From Candidatus Parcubacteria bacterium (GTDB lineage Bacteria > Patescibacteriota > Minisyncoccia > Phycocordibacterales > Phycocordibacteraceae), in assembly GCA_034666125.1 (NCBI GenBank), contig JAXDML010000010.1, positions 1-50,259 of the forward strand: 50,259 nucleotides of DNA. Direction: 5' to 3'. This document shows positions 9,250 through 18,811 of the stretch, piece after piece; the stretch's first letter is position 1; the number at the start of each line of letters is the position of its first letter. The position numbers and the translations under genes were made by a program. The notes under the pieces were generated by a model that was not told the origin of the DNA, ran no database searches, and saw nothing but the letters and a program-made list of their open reading frames with translations.

Positions 9250-9335
9250 GTATAGGGTAACTGTACGTATTACGGTACAGGTAGCAAGCGGCACTTTACA
9301 CGGGCTCGCTGAGTTATAGTATCCAATAACGCACC

Positions 9336-10670
9336 ATGACCTCTAACCGCCGCGATACGGCCCTTCTCCTTGTCGGGGACGTGCTGCTGCTCGTGTTCTC
9401 CCTGTGGCTCGCGCTTGCGGTCCGTAATCTCGCTATCCCGGCCTACGCCTACTATGGCGAGCACTTCATCGCCTTCGTCCCGGTGTTCCTAATCTCGCTC
9501 CTCATCTTCTTCATCGCGGGGCTGTACGAGCGGCAGACGCGCCTGGTGAAGCGCATCCTCGGCCTGCGCATCCTCGGCGCGCAGCTCGCGAACACGCTCA
9601 TCGCCGCGGTGCTGTTCTTCATGCTCCCGTTCGAGATCGCGCCGAAGACCATCCTCGCGCTCCACCTCGGGATATCGGTCGCGCTCATCAGCGCCTGGCG
9701 CTTCTTCGTCGTACCGTCCTTCAGGATCGCCGGGAGAGGGCGCGCGCTCCTGGTGGGCAGCGGACCCTTGCTCGAAAAGGTGTTCGACGAGGTGAACGGG
9801 CAGCCGAAGTACTACGTCGAATTCGTCGAACGCATCGATTTGGCGGCGATCGCGCCCGGCTCGCTCCCCGAGCGCGTCCGCGAGGCGGCAGGGAAGGGGG
9901 TCGGGCTCGTCGTCATCGATACGCGCGACGCGGCCGTGCGCAGCGAGCTCCCGGCCCTTTACGACCTGATGGTGTCCGGGGTGTCCTTCGTGGAGTTCGC
10001 GACCTTCTACGAAGGGCTCTTCGATCGCGTGCCGGTCGACCATATCGACCACGCCTGGATACTCGAGTGCCTTCCGAAGCGGAACATCCTGTACAGCTTC
10101 GCGAAGCGGGCGATAGATATCGGGGGCGCCCTCGTCGGCCTCGTGCTCGCTTCGCCCTTCATCGCCGTAGCCGCCGTACTGCTCTCGATCGAGCGAGGCG
10201 AGCCGTTCGTATTCCATGAGCGCATCGGATGCGGCGGAAAACGCTTCTCCATCGTGAAGCTCCGCAGCATGCTCATAAACGACCACGGCGACTCTGAGAT
10301 GCAGAAGCAGAACCGGGTGACGTCCCTCGGCAGGTTCCTCCGGAAGACGCGCATCGATGAGCTGCCGCAGCTCTGGAACATCCTCAAAGGCGACCTGTCG
10401 TTCATCGGCCCGCGCCCGGAGCTGCCGAGCATCGCCGCCGTCTATGAGCGCGAGATACCGTACTACGAGATACGGCACCTCATAGCGCCGGGGCTCTCGG
10501 GCTGGGCGCAGATATACGACTATGACGCGCCGCGGGCCGCGGCGGACGTGGAGCGCACGAAACGGAAACTCTCGTACGACCTCTACTACCTGAAGAACCG
10601 CTCCTTCGGGCTCGACATGACGATCGCGCTCAAGACCCTGCGCGCGCTCGCGTCCTTTTCCGGCACCTAG
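9336..10670 (+). CDS. Priming polyprenyl glycosylphosphotransferase (WcaJ/WbaP-like sugar transferase)
   Basis: N-terminal TM segments plus KRAIDI, KLRSM, LRKTRIDELPQLWNILKGDLSFIGPRPE, PGLSGWAQ. Confidence 0.92.
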   Translation: MTSNRRDTALLLVGDVLLLVFSLWLALAVRNLAIPAYAYYGEHFIAFVPVFLISLLIFFIAGLYERQTRLVKRILGLRILGAQLANTLIAAVLFFMLPFEIAPKTILALHLGISVALISAWRFFVVPSFRIAGRGRALLVGSGPLLEKVFDEVNGQPKYYVEFVERIDLAAIAPGSLPERVREAAGKGVGLVVIDTRDAAVRSELPALYDLMVSGVSFVEFATFYEGLFDRVPVDHIDHAWILECLPKRNILYSFAKRAIDIGGALVGLVLASPFIAVAAVLLSIERGEPFVFHERIGCGGKRFSIVKLRSMLINDHGDSEMQKQNRVTSLGRFLRKTRIDELPQLWNILKGDLSFIGPRPELPSIAAVYEREIPYYEIRHLIAPGLSGWAQIYDYDAPRAAADVERTKRKLSYDLYYLKNRSFGLDMTIALKTLRALASFSGT

Positions 10671-10716
10671 GTATGAAAAAGAACACAGTCGTCATGGGCG
10701 GGACCGAGCGCATATC

Positions 10717-11532
10717 ATGATCATCGACGGTAAAGCCATCGCCGCCCGCATCGTCTCGCGCGTGAAGGAGCGCGCGGCGGCGCTCCCCGAGCGACCGTCC
10801 TTCCTCGCGATAGGGGTCGCTCCCTCCGCCGCGACGCGGTCCTACCTCCTCATGAAGCAGCGTCAGGCGGAACGGGGAGGTATCCGGATGGAAGTGCGCC
10901 TCTACGATCAGGAAACTACCGAGGGCTTGATACGCGCACTTGCGCAAGCGGAAGAGGATGCGGTCATCGTGCAGCTGCCCCTTCCGGAGAATATCGATAC
11001 GCAGCGCGTACTCGATGCCATTCCGTCCCATAAGGATGCGGATGTCCTTTCTCCTCGGACGCGCAGGGAAGGATCGCTTCTGCATCCCGTCGCGGCTGCC
11101 ATCAAGAGCGTGCTTGCCGAAGGCAGCCTTGACCCCAAAGGAAAGAAGGCGACCGTCATCGGCCAGGGATGGCTCGTCGGAGCCCCGGCCGCCGACTGGC
11201 TTCGCTCGGTCGGCGCGTCGGTCACTACGGTCACTAAGGACTTCGGCATCTTGGGAGAAGCGTGCCACGACGCGGACATCATCGTAACGGGAGCCGGCGT
11301 GGCCGGGCTTATCACTCCGGACCAGGTGCGTCCCGGGGCGGCGGTCATCGATATAGGAACGAGCGAGCTTGGAGGCTCGATAGCCGGAGACGCCGACCCG
11401 GAGGTCGCGCGGGTAGCCGGACTTTTCACGCCGGTCCCGGGCGGAGTCGGTCCCCTAACCGTTGCTCACCTTCTCGAGAACGTCGTAACGGTCGCGGAAA
11501 GGCAGCGGGATCTCCGGACTGTCAGCCGGTAG
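10717..11532 (+). CDS. folD: Methylenetetrahydrofolate dehydrogenase/cyclohydrolase
   Basis: IDGKAIA, IVQLPLP, KDAD, VIDIG, TPVPGGVGPLTVA. Confidence 0.92.
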   Translation: MIIDGKAIAARIVSRVKERAAALPERPSFLAIGVAPSAATRSYLLMKQRQAERGGIRMEVRLYDQETTEGLIRALAQAEEDAVIVQLPLPENIDTQRVLDAIPSHKDADVLSPRTRREGSLLHPVAAAIKSVLAEGSLDPKGKKATVIGQGWLVGAPAADWLRSVGASVTTVTKDFGILGEACHDADIIVTGAGVAGLITPDQVRPGAAVIDIGTSELGGSIAGDADPEVARVAGLFTPVPGGVGPLTVAHLLENVVTVAERQRDLRTVSR

Positions 11533-11547
11533 AGGTATACTTTCGGC

Positions 11548-11814
11548 ATGACCTATTTCCTGGAATTCCTGAACAACGTCATCGTGCCGTTCTTCGCGGG
11601 GCTCGCTATTCCGGTCTTCGCCATCGCCACCGTCGTTTTCGTCATCATATATATACTCCGAAAGGGGAGGCCGGGCAGGGGCTGGCTCGTGATCGGCATA
11701 CCCGCCCTCGTATACGCGGCCGTCGGACTTCTCTGGATACTCGCGAATATCCTCGGCGGCGCTACGTCCGTTCCGGATAACGACCTGCTCCCCAGCGCGA
11801 CCTACGAGCGATAG
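11548..11814 (+). CDS. Small two-TM hypothetical protein
   Basis: 88 aa, two hydrophobic segments, own -10 box (TATACT 11536-11541). Confidence 0.65.
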   Translation: MTYFLEFLNNVIVPFFAGLAIPVFAIATVVFVIIYILRKGRPGRGWLVIGIPALVYAAVGLLWILANILGGATSVPDNDLLPSATYER

Positions 11815-11859
11815 GCGCGATTTGCAGATGTCCGCAAAAGGCATACACTAGGCGTATCT

Positions 11860-13218
11860 ATGGAATCACGGACCCGGCACGTCGTATGGTCGGTGGCAGT
11901 ACTGCTCATCGCGGGCCTGCTTGCCTGGTTCGTCCTCTCGACCCATCATGCCGATTCCCGCTATGCGGTGAAGCTCGGGCTCGACCTCGCGGGCGGCACG
12001 GAACTGATCTACAAGGCCGATACGAGCGCGATCGCGACGGATAAGGAGGGGGCGCTTTCCTCGTTGCGCGAGGTCATCGAGCGGCGCGTGAACCTCTTCG
12101 GCGTCGCCGAGCCGCTGGTGCAGCTCGAAAAGTCGAGCGCGGTCGCAGGCGCCCAAGAGGACCGGCTCCTCGTCGAGCTTCCGGGCGTCACGGACGTGAA
12201 GGCCGCCGTCGACGCGATCGGTGCCACGCCCGTGCTCGAATTCAAGCTGCTTCAGCCTGCAAAAGAGAACGAAAACGGTACGGCATCCTCCACGTATCTC
12301 GATACCGGCCTCACCGGACGCTACCTCAAGTCCGCCGAGCTCCAGTTCGGGCAGGGTGCGGGCGGGGCAGTCGGAAGCGCGCCGATCATCGTGCTCCATT
12401 TCAATGAGGAGGGCGGGGACTTGTTCGAGGCCATCACTACCGAGCACGTGGGCGATACGCTCGCGATCTTCCTCGACGGCGTGTCCATCTCGGAACCGAC
12501 CATACAGGAGCCCATCGCGGGAGGCGACGCGACCATCACCGGCACCTTCACGGCCGTCGAGGCGAAGGAGACCGTCCGCGACCTCAACTTCGGCGCGCTT
12601 CCGGTACCGATCGAACTCGTATCGAGCAACTCCATCGGACCGACCCTCGGTGCGGACGCGTTCCAGGCAGGTCTCAAGGCGAGCGTCATCGGCTTCATCC
12701 TCGTCGCGTTGTTCATGATCCTCTGGTACCGCCTGCCGGGACTCGTCGCCTCGGTCGCGCTCGTGATCTACATCCTCATGACGATCGCGCTCATCAAGTT
12801 CATACCGGTCACGCTCACCGCCTCCGGGATCGCCGCGCTCATCCTTTCCATAGGCATGGCGGTGGACGCGAACGTGCTCATCTTCGAGCGCATGAAGGAG
12901 GAGCTGCGGCAGGGCAAGGCGCCGCACGACGCGGTCGCCATAGGCTTCAAGCGCGCGTGGCCTGCCATCCGCGACGGGCACTTCACGATGATCATCTCGA
13001 GCATCATCCTCTTCTGGATGGGCACGTCCATCGTGCAGGGCTTCGCGCTCGTCTTCGGCCTCGGCGTCATCTGTTCCCTCATCACGGCGGTGTCCATCAC
13101 CCGCGTATTCCTGCTCGCGATACTGCCATTCGAGGCGACGCCTGCGTGGCGGCGATTCCTTGAGGCCGGGTTCGGCAAGCGCAAGAAAGGCGATACCACG
13201 CCCACTAACCCCAACTAG
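11860..13218 (+). CDS. secD: Protein translocase subunit SecD
   Basis: LGLDLAGG, RVNLFGVAEP, IGPTLG, GMAVDANVLIFERMKEE. Confidence 0.96.
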   Translation: MESRTRHVVWSVAVLLIAGLLAWFVLSTHHADSRYAVKLGLDLAGGTELIYKADTSAIATDKEGALSSLREVIERRVNLFGVAEPLVQLEKSSAVAGAQEDRLLVELPGVTDVKAAVDAIGATPVLEFKLLQPAKENENGTASSTYLDTGLTGRYLKSAELQFGQGAGGAVGSAPIIVLHFNEEGGDLFEAITTEHVGDTLAIFLDGVSISEPTIQEPIAGGDATITGTFTAVEAKETVRDLNFGALPVPIELVSSNSIGPTLGADAFQAGLKASVIGFILVALFMILWYRLPGLVASVALVIYILMTIALIKFIPVTLTASGIAALILSIGMAVDANVLIFERMKEELRQGKAPHDAVAIGFKRAWPAIRDGHFTMIISSIILFWMGTSIVQGFALVFGLGVICSLITAVSITRVFLLAILPFEATPAWRRFLEAGFGKRKKGDTTPTNPN

Positions 13219-13219
13219 T

Positions 13220-14146
13220 ATGTTCATCGTCAATCATCGCGGCTTCTTCTTCTGGGTTACGGGACTCTTGCTCGTCGCCTCCGTCGCCGCGCTCGTCATC
13301 ATCCCGCCGAAGCTTTCCATAGAGTTCACCGGAGGGTCGCTCATCGAGGTCGCGTACACGGGAGAGCGCCCCGCGCATGAGGAGAACGCTGCGCGCGTGG
13401 AGGCGCTCATCGGCGACGCCTCGGTCCGCGAGTCCGGAGAGAAGGGCCTTATCGTTCGGACCCACACCCTCACGCCCGCCGAGCACGACGCGCTCATCGG
13501 CGCGCTTTCCGCGAATGGGACGTACCCGCTCACTGAACTCCGCTTCAACTCGATCGGACCGTCGCTCGGCCAGGAGCTCGCCACCAAGGCGCTCTACTCG
13601 ATCCTCGCGGTCACGCTTGCCATCATGCTCTATATCGCTTGGGCCTTCAGGAAGGTGTCGAAGCCCGTGCCCGCCTGGGGCTACGGCATCATCTCGGTCC
13701 TGATGCTCGCCATCGACATCATCGTTCCGGCAGGATTCTTCGCCGTCTATGCGTACTTCACGGGCGCGCAGGTGGACACGCTCTTCGTGGTCGCGCTCCT
13801 TGCCCTCATGGGGTACTGCATTAACGACGTCATCGTCATCTTCGATCGCGTACGCGAACACCTGAAAGCCAATATCGACAACAAGCTCGACGAGCCCTTC
13901 GAGACCACCGTCGGCAAGTCCATCACCGAGACCCTCGGCCGCTCCATCAATACCTCGCTCACGGTGGCGCTCGCGCTTCTCGCGATCGTCATCTTCGGCA
14001 GCGTCTCGGTACGCACCTTCGCGCTCGTGATGCTCGTCGGGGTCGTCGTCGGCACGTTCTCGTCCATCGCGCGCTCGGCACCGCTCCTCATCCCCGTCGC
14101 CGCATGGGCCCAGAAACGCGCTGCGGGGAAGGCGAAGAAGAAGTAG
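13220..14146 (+). CDS. secF: Protein translocase subunit SecF
   Basis: IEFTGG, IGPSLG, GYCINDVIVIFDRVRE, RSINTS; ATG 13220 just after the secD stop. Confidence 0.95.
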   Translation: MFIVNHRGFFFWVTGLLLVASVAALVIIPPKLSIEFTGGSLIEVAYTGERPAHEENAARVEALIGDASVRESGEKGLIVRTHTLTPAEHDALIGALSANGTYPLTELRFNSIGPSLGQELATKALYSILAVTLAIMLYIAWAFRKVSKPVPAWGYGIISVLMLAIDIIVPAGFFAVYAYFTGAQVDTLFVVALLALMGYCINDVIVIFDRVREHLKANIDNKLDEPFETTVGKSITETLGRSINTSLTVALALLAIVIFGSVSVRTFALVMLVGVVVGTFSSIARSAPLLIPVAAWAQKRAAGKAKKK

Positions 14147-14147
14147 C

Positions 14148-14705
14148 ATGATCATCGGACTCGCGGGTACTATTGGGGCCGGAAAAGGAACGGTCGTCGA
14201 CTACCTGAAGTCCAAAGGGTTCGTGCAGTATTCAAGCTCCGGGCTGCTCGGTGAGCTGGTCGAAAAGGAAGGGAATCCTAGAATCCGGGATTTCCTTTCA
14301 CCCATGGCGACGCGTCTCCAGAAGGAATTTCCTGGAGGAGTGGTCGAGAAGGCCTATAACGAGAAGTATCTTCTCCAGGAACCGGAGAACGCGATATTCG
14401 AGGCGATACATCGTAAAAGCGAAGCAGACTTTCTCAAGAGTGTCGGGGGCAAGATCATAGGCATCGATGCTGATCTCGAAACTCGCTTCAAGCGCACAAC
14501 GCTTCGTAATGAAGGCGAGAAGGACCACGGCGACTTCGAGGATTTTAAGAAACAGGCAGCTATCGAGGACGAAGGGGGAGGGGGCGCGAGCCGTGACAAT
14601 AATATCCGCTTAGTCATTAACGAAGCGGATGCAGTCATATATAACGATGGGACGGTCGCCGAGCTGCAAGGGCAGATAGAAGATATTTTAAAAAAGATTT
14701 CCTGA
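14148..14705 (+). CDS. P-loop nucleotide kinase-like protein (dephospho-CoA/cytidylate kinase-like)
   Basis: IIGLAGTIGAGKGTV Walker A; ADAVIYNDGT C-terminus. Confidence 0.75.
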   Translation: MIIGLAGTIGAGKGTVVDYLKSKGFVQYSSSGLLGELVEKEGNPRIRDFLSPMATRLQKEFPGGVVEKAYNEKYLLQEPENAIFEAIHRKSEADFLKSVGGKIIGIDADLETRFKRTTLRNEGEKDHGDFEDFKKQAAIEDEGGGGASRDNNIRLVINEADAVIYNDGTVAELQGQIEDILKKIS

Positions 14706-14706
14706 C

Positions 14707-15168
14707 ATGCCGCACATCCACGAGAAGATCGACTACGTCTCGAATATCTATATCGTGCACGACGGCTCGGTGCTCCTTCGCAAGCATGACAAGCACGGCC
14801 TCTGGTTCCCGCCGGGCGGCCACGTAGAACTTGATGAAGACCCGCCCCACGCTGCCGTGAGGGAGGCTAAAGAAGAGGTAGGGATGGACGTAGAATTGAT
14901 CGGTTCCGAACCCCGCTCCTTTCTAGAGGGCGAGAAGGAGATTCTCGCTCCCCGGTTCATGGACAGGCACCGCATAAACGAGAGTCACGAGCATATCTCT
15001 TTCACTTTCTTCGCACGCTCAGTCACCCGGGAATTCGCGCAAAGCGAGGGAAGGGAGGTGAGCGATCACATCAGATGGTTCACGAAGGAGGAGCTTGATG
15101 ACCCGCAATACGGCGTGACGGAGATGATCAATTACTACGCAAAAGCAGCGCTCGATGCGCTTGCCTAG
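14707..15168 (+). CDS. NUDIX hydrolase
   Basis: Nudix box GGHVELDEDPPHAAVREAKEEVG. Confidence 0.92.
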   Translation: MPHIHEKIDYVSNIYIVHDGSVLLRKHDKHGLWFPPGGHVELDEDPPHAAVREAKEEVGMDVELIGSEPRSFLEGEKEILAPRFMDRHRINESHEHISFTFFARSVTREFAQSEGREVSDHIRWFTKEELDDPQYGVTEMINYYAKAALDALA

Positions 15169-15872
15169 GAAATCACTGTTCCGACGAACGGCTCGCCCTT
15201 CAGGTACTTTCCGAACTCATTGAGACTCTTGCCGTTGATGACGGCGACCTCGAGGCCAAGCGCTTCGGCTTCCTTCGCGGCGACCGGGTCGAACGGGGAA
15301 GAGAGGCCCGGATCCCAGCGTTCCGGGATGATGGAGCGGAAACGTGCCCAGTCCACGGTCTCGAGCTTCTGCGCATCCGGGAATTCCTTCGGATTCTTAT
15401 CATAGACGTAGTCGATATCCGAAAGGTTGATGAGCTTCTTCGCGCCGAGCTTCTTCGCCGCGAGCACGGCGCAGTAGTCGGTGGACCAACCCGGGCGCCA
15501 GCCGGCGCCGATGATGACTGGCGCGTGCGAGCGGAGCCCGCGCGTCGGGTTCTTCACAATCTTCTCCTGCGCCTCCTCGCGGAAGAGCGTGCGCATGAGA
15601 TGCGCATTCAGGCGCGTCGAGTGGATGCCGAGCCAGTCGAGATCATCGCGGTCGAGGCTTCCGTGCGAGTCCCTGCCTGCGTCGCGGTACCTGCGCGCGG
15701 TCGCGCCGCCGCCGGTGATGATGAAAAAGGAAACGCCCCGGCGTATCTCGCCGAGGATGAACTCCCTGAAGCTTTTCAAGAAGGAAACGTCTATCGCGTC
15801 GGGAACGATGAGGCTCCCTCCGACTGAGACCACTATGTATTCACGTTTTTTTGCACGGGTTAATAGACTCAT
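15165..15872 (-). CDS. pyrH: UMP kinase, archaeal-type
   Basis: SVGGSLI, TGGGATARRY, LGIHSTRLNA, PGWSTD, VYDKNPK, PFDPVA; start at ATG 15872. Confidence 0.88.
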   Translation of the reverse strand: MSLLTRAKKREYIVVSVGGSLIVPDAIDVSFLKSFREFILGEIRRGVSFFIITGGGATARRYRDAGRDSHGSLDRDDLDWLGIHSTRLNAHLMRTLFREEAQEKIVKNPTRGLRSHAPVIIGAGWRPGWSTDYCAVLAAKKLGAKKLINLSDIDYVYDKNPKEFPDAQKLETVDWARFRSIIPERWDPGLSSPFDPVAAKEAEALGLEVAVINGKSLNEFGKYLKGEPFVGTVIS

Positions 15873-16015
15873 GCAAGACTTGACGGTCCGTTCATCATAC
15901 GCCGATGGGGGAGGCGCGCAACTTGTATAAATCCGGATCCGTTCCGTAAATCGTTGCCGTTCATAAGCGATGCGCCGCCCTTGTTTTACGGCCCGAAAAC
16001 GGCCTAACGCCGTGC

Positions 16016-16044
16016 TTGACTCCCCCCAGGGCTTCCTATAGTAT
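16016..16044 (+). promoter_or_regulatory. Sigma70 promoter of the 16S gene, followed by a boxA-like element at 16081-16092
   Basis: TTGACT, 17-nt spacer, TAGTAT; TGCTCTATGACA resembles rrn boxA. Confidence 0.7.
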
Positions 16045-16152
16045 GTCCTTACTGCCCCCGTGAGGGGGCGGGCATTCTTTTGCTCTATGACAATTGAATA
16101 GTTCGAATGGTAGGTAACCAAGAATTCATTGTTTTCTTGTGTTCCGCCTATT

Positions 16153-17611
16153 CTTAATGAGAGTTTGATCCTAGCTCAGGATGAATGCTGGCTGTATGGA
16201 TAAGGCATGCAAGTCGAACGGACCGCAAGGTCAGTGGCAGACGAGGTAGTAACACGTACGAACGTACTCCCAAGTCGGGCATAGCCAACCGAAAGGTTGG
16301 GTAATTCCCGATAGTCCCTACGGGGTAAAGATTTATCGCTTGGGAAGCGGCGTGCGTAGTATCAGCTTGTTGGTAAGGTAACGGCTTACCAAGGCTACGA
16401 CGCTTAGGGGAGCTGAGAGGCTGACCCCCACCGATGGGACTGAGACACGGCCCATACTCCTACGGGAGGCCGCAGTCGAGAATCTTCCGCAATGGACGAA
16501 AGTCTGACGGAGCGATACAGCGTGGTGGATGAAGTGCTTCGGTACGTAAACACCTTTTATGTGGGACGAAATTATTGACGGTACCACATGAATAAGGGGC
16601 TCCTAACTCTGTGCCAGCAGGAGCGGTAATACAGAGGCCCCAAGCATTATCCGGAATCACTGGGCGTAAAGGGTGTCAAGGCGGTCATGTTAGTCGTTCG
16701 TAAAATCCGTGGGCTCAACCTACGGCTCGCGAGCGAAACGGCATGACTAGAGGTCGGGAGAGGTGCGTGGAACTCACGGTGTAGGGGTGAAATCCGTTGA
16801 TATCGTGGGGAACACCAAAGGCGAAGGCAGCGCACTGGTCCGAATCTGACGCTCACACACGAAAGCCAGGGTAGCGAATGGGATTAGATACCCCAGTAGT
16901 CCTGGCCCTAAACGTTGCTCGCTCGCTTTACGGAGTATCGACCCTCTGTGAGGCTAAGCTAACGCGGTAAGCGAGCCGCCTGGGTAGTACGAGCGCAAGC
17001 TTAAAACTCAAAGGAATAGACGGGGACTCGCACAAGTGGTGGATCATGTGGCTTAATTCGTAGCTAAGCGAAGAACCTTACCAGGGCTAGAAACCAAGCT
17101 GCACGCCTCCAGAAACGGAGGAAGCCTTCGAGGGTGCTTGGCAGGTGATGCATGGTTGTCGTCAGTTCGTGGCTTGAGCTGTTCCCTTCAGTGGGGTAAC
17201 GAACGCAACCCCCGTTGTCTGTTACTTATGTCAGGCGAGACTGCTCCCTCACGGGAGAGGAAGGTGGGGATGACGCCAAATCAGCATGTCCCTTGATGCC
17301 CTGGGCTGCACACGTGATACAATGGCCGGTACAGAAGGACGCAATACCGCAAGGTGGAGCAAATCCCAAAAACCTGCCCCAGTACGGATTGAGGTCTGCA
17401 ACCGACCTCATGAAGCCGGAATCACTAGTAATCGTAGGTCAGCCATACTACGGTGAATACGTTCTCGAGTCTTGTACTCACCGCCCGTCAACTCAAGGAA
17501 GTTGGAAGCGCCCGACATCTTGTCCAGTACAGGACTACGGCGAGTTCAATGACAGGGAGTAAGTCGTAACAAGGCACGGCTAGCGGAAGCTGGTCGTGGA
17601 ACATATCCAAT
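16153..17611 (+). rRNA. rrs: 16S rRNA (no intron seen; ends approximate)
   Basis: AGAGTTTGATCCTAGCTCAG, GGATTAGATACCC, AAACTCAAAGGAATAGACGG, AAGTCGTAACAAGG. Confidence 0.98.
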
Positions 17612-17868
17612 CGGAATGAGATGTTCGAAAGAACACTCTCCGGTCGATGCTCGGTAGCTGAATGTTGGGAGTCAGTATTTCAGGACGGACTTGTCTGTTC
17701 AGTTGTCTGATTCTCAACATTCAGCTACCGGGTGGGAAATGATACCCATCCCTAAATGGTATTCGGACGCCGGAAAAACGCACCGGTACCGGGTTGGAGC
17801 GCTCAATTGACGCTCTGACCGGGTCGAATAGGCGGAACACAAGAGTACGAAGAATTCTTTGGTTATAA

Positions 17869-17924
17869 GAAAAATGCCGTGCGGTGGATGCTTCTCCGGA
17901 AGCGTTCACCGCACGGCATTTTTC
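17869..17924. terminator. Long hairpin, probably a bidirectional terminator for the 16S transcript and the convergent small ORF
   Basis: 26-bp stem GAAAAATGCCGTGCGGTGGATGCTTC-TCCG-GAAGCGTTCACCGCACGGCATTTTTC. Confidence 0.75.
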
Positions 17925-17927
17925 GGT

Positions 17928-18089
17928 TCAGGCCGGTGAAGGGAGAAATTCCGGAGCGTTGAGCCGCTTCACGGCCCGCCGCCAGATGCGGAGCTTGTTA
18001 CGGTGGCGACGCGCCTTTTCATCGGGGGTGGACGAGAACACCCGTCCTCCCTTGGATCTCGATTCACGGGTAGTACCGCGATGGACCAT
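17928..18089 (-). CDS. Small basic hypothetical protein (53 aa)
   Basis: MVHRGTTRESRSKGGRVFSSTPDEKARRHRNKLRIWRRAVKRLNAPEFLPSPA; TATAGT 11 nt upstream of the ATG and a terminator immediately after the stop. Confidence 0.45.
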   Translation of the reverse strand: MVHRGTTRESRSKGGRVFSSTPDEKARRHRNKLRIWRRAVKRLNAPEFLPSPA

Positions 18090-18153
18090 GTATGTCCGTA
18101 CTATACCTGGAAAAGGGGGGGCGGGTCTGGTAGTATCCACAGGTCAGCCATAT

Positions 18154-18229
18154 GCACGCTTAGCTCAGTTGGTAGAGCACTCGACTGATACTCGAGCGGT
18201 CCTAGGTTCGAATCCTAGAGCGTGCACCA
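18154..18229 (+). tRNA. tRNA-Ile (GAU)
   Basis: 76-nt cloverleaf; acceptor GCACGCT/AGCGTGC; anticodon arm CTCGA-CTGATAC-TCGAG; TTCGAAT T-loop; encoded CCA. Confidence 0.96.
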
Positions 18230-18276
18230 AGGTTCATAGAGGAGTTTCGCGCGTATGAGCAGGGTATACTGGGTCC

Positions 18277-18795
18277 ATGCGTGATGCGCTCATCATTTTT
18301 GTAGCGATCATCCTCGCCATCGTCATCGGCGGCTACCTCTTCCTGAACGGCGGTCCGGAGTTCAATCCGGGGTCTATCGCCTTACCGCAGTCGCAGCAGC
18401 CAGCTTCATCCTTCTGGGTGCTTGCGGAGGGACAGGATGCGGGCGGCGTCGACCGCCGCACGAACTTCCGTATCATGACCGACGATGAGTTCCGCGCGCT
18501 CTGGAGTCTCGTCTACGGCACCGGCGGCCCGGCCGTACCTGCGGTCGATTTCTCGAAGGACGAGGTCATCGCCGTCTTCGACGGCAGCCACTCCTCGGGC
18601 GGGTACCGCGTGGAAGTCACCGGCGTGACCGACGCGGAGGGGAAGCGCACGGTCTCCATACTGCGCGAAATGCCCGGTGAGGACTGTACGGTCACTGCAG
18701 GCATCACGAGCCCGTTCCAGATCGTCCGCGTCCCGAAGACCTCTCTCCCGCTCGCGAAGGAGGAGCAGTCGCGTACGCGCAGGTGCGGTCCGTAA
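18277..18795 (+). CDS. Membrane-anchored protein with PrcB C-terminal-like domain
   Basis: N-terminal TM segment; PAVDFSKDEVIAVFDGSHSSGGYRVEV...ITSPFQIVRVPK. Confidence 0.75.
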   Translation: MRDALIIFVAIILAIVIGGYLFLNGGPEFNPGSIALPQSQQPASSFWVLAEGQDAGGVDRRTNFRIMTDDEFRALWSLVYGTGGPAVPAVDFSKDEVIAVFDGSHSSGGYRVEVTGVTDAEGKRTVSILREMPGEDCTVTAGITSPFQIVRVPKTSLPLAKEEQSRTRRCGP

Positions 18796-18811
18796 GTAGT
18801 ACGATAGGGCA

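Noticed and set aside
11866-14155. Long antisense ORFs opposite secD/secF (also opposite murD, murI, secA and others)
   Set aside because: Expected shadow frames of high-GC3 genes; no motifs or expression signals
17599-17606. 16S tail GAACAUAU pairing with start regions such as ATATGTTC (165-172) and TATGTTC at secF
   Set aside because: Two examples only, and the pairing would cover the start codon; chance is likely without genome-wide statistics
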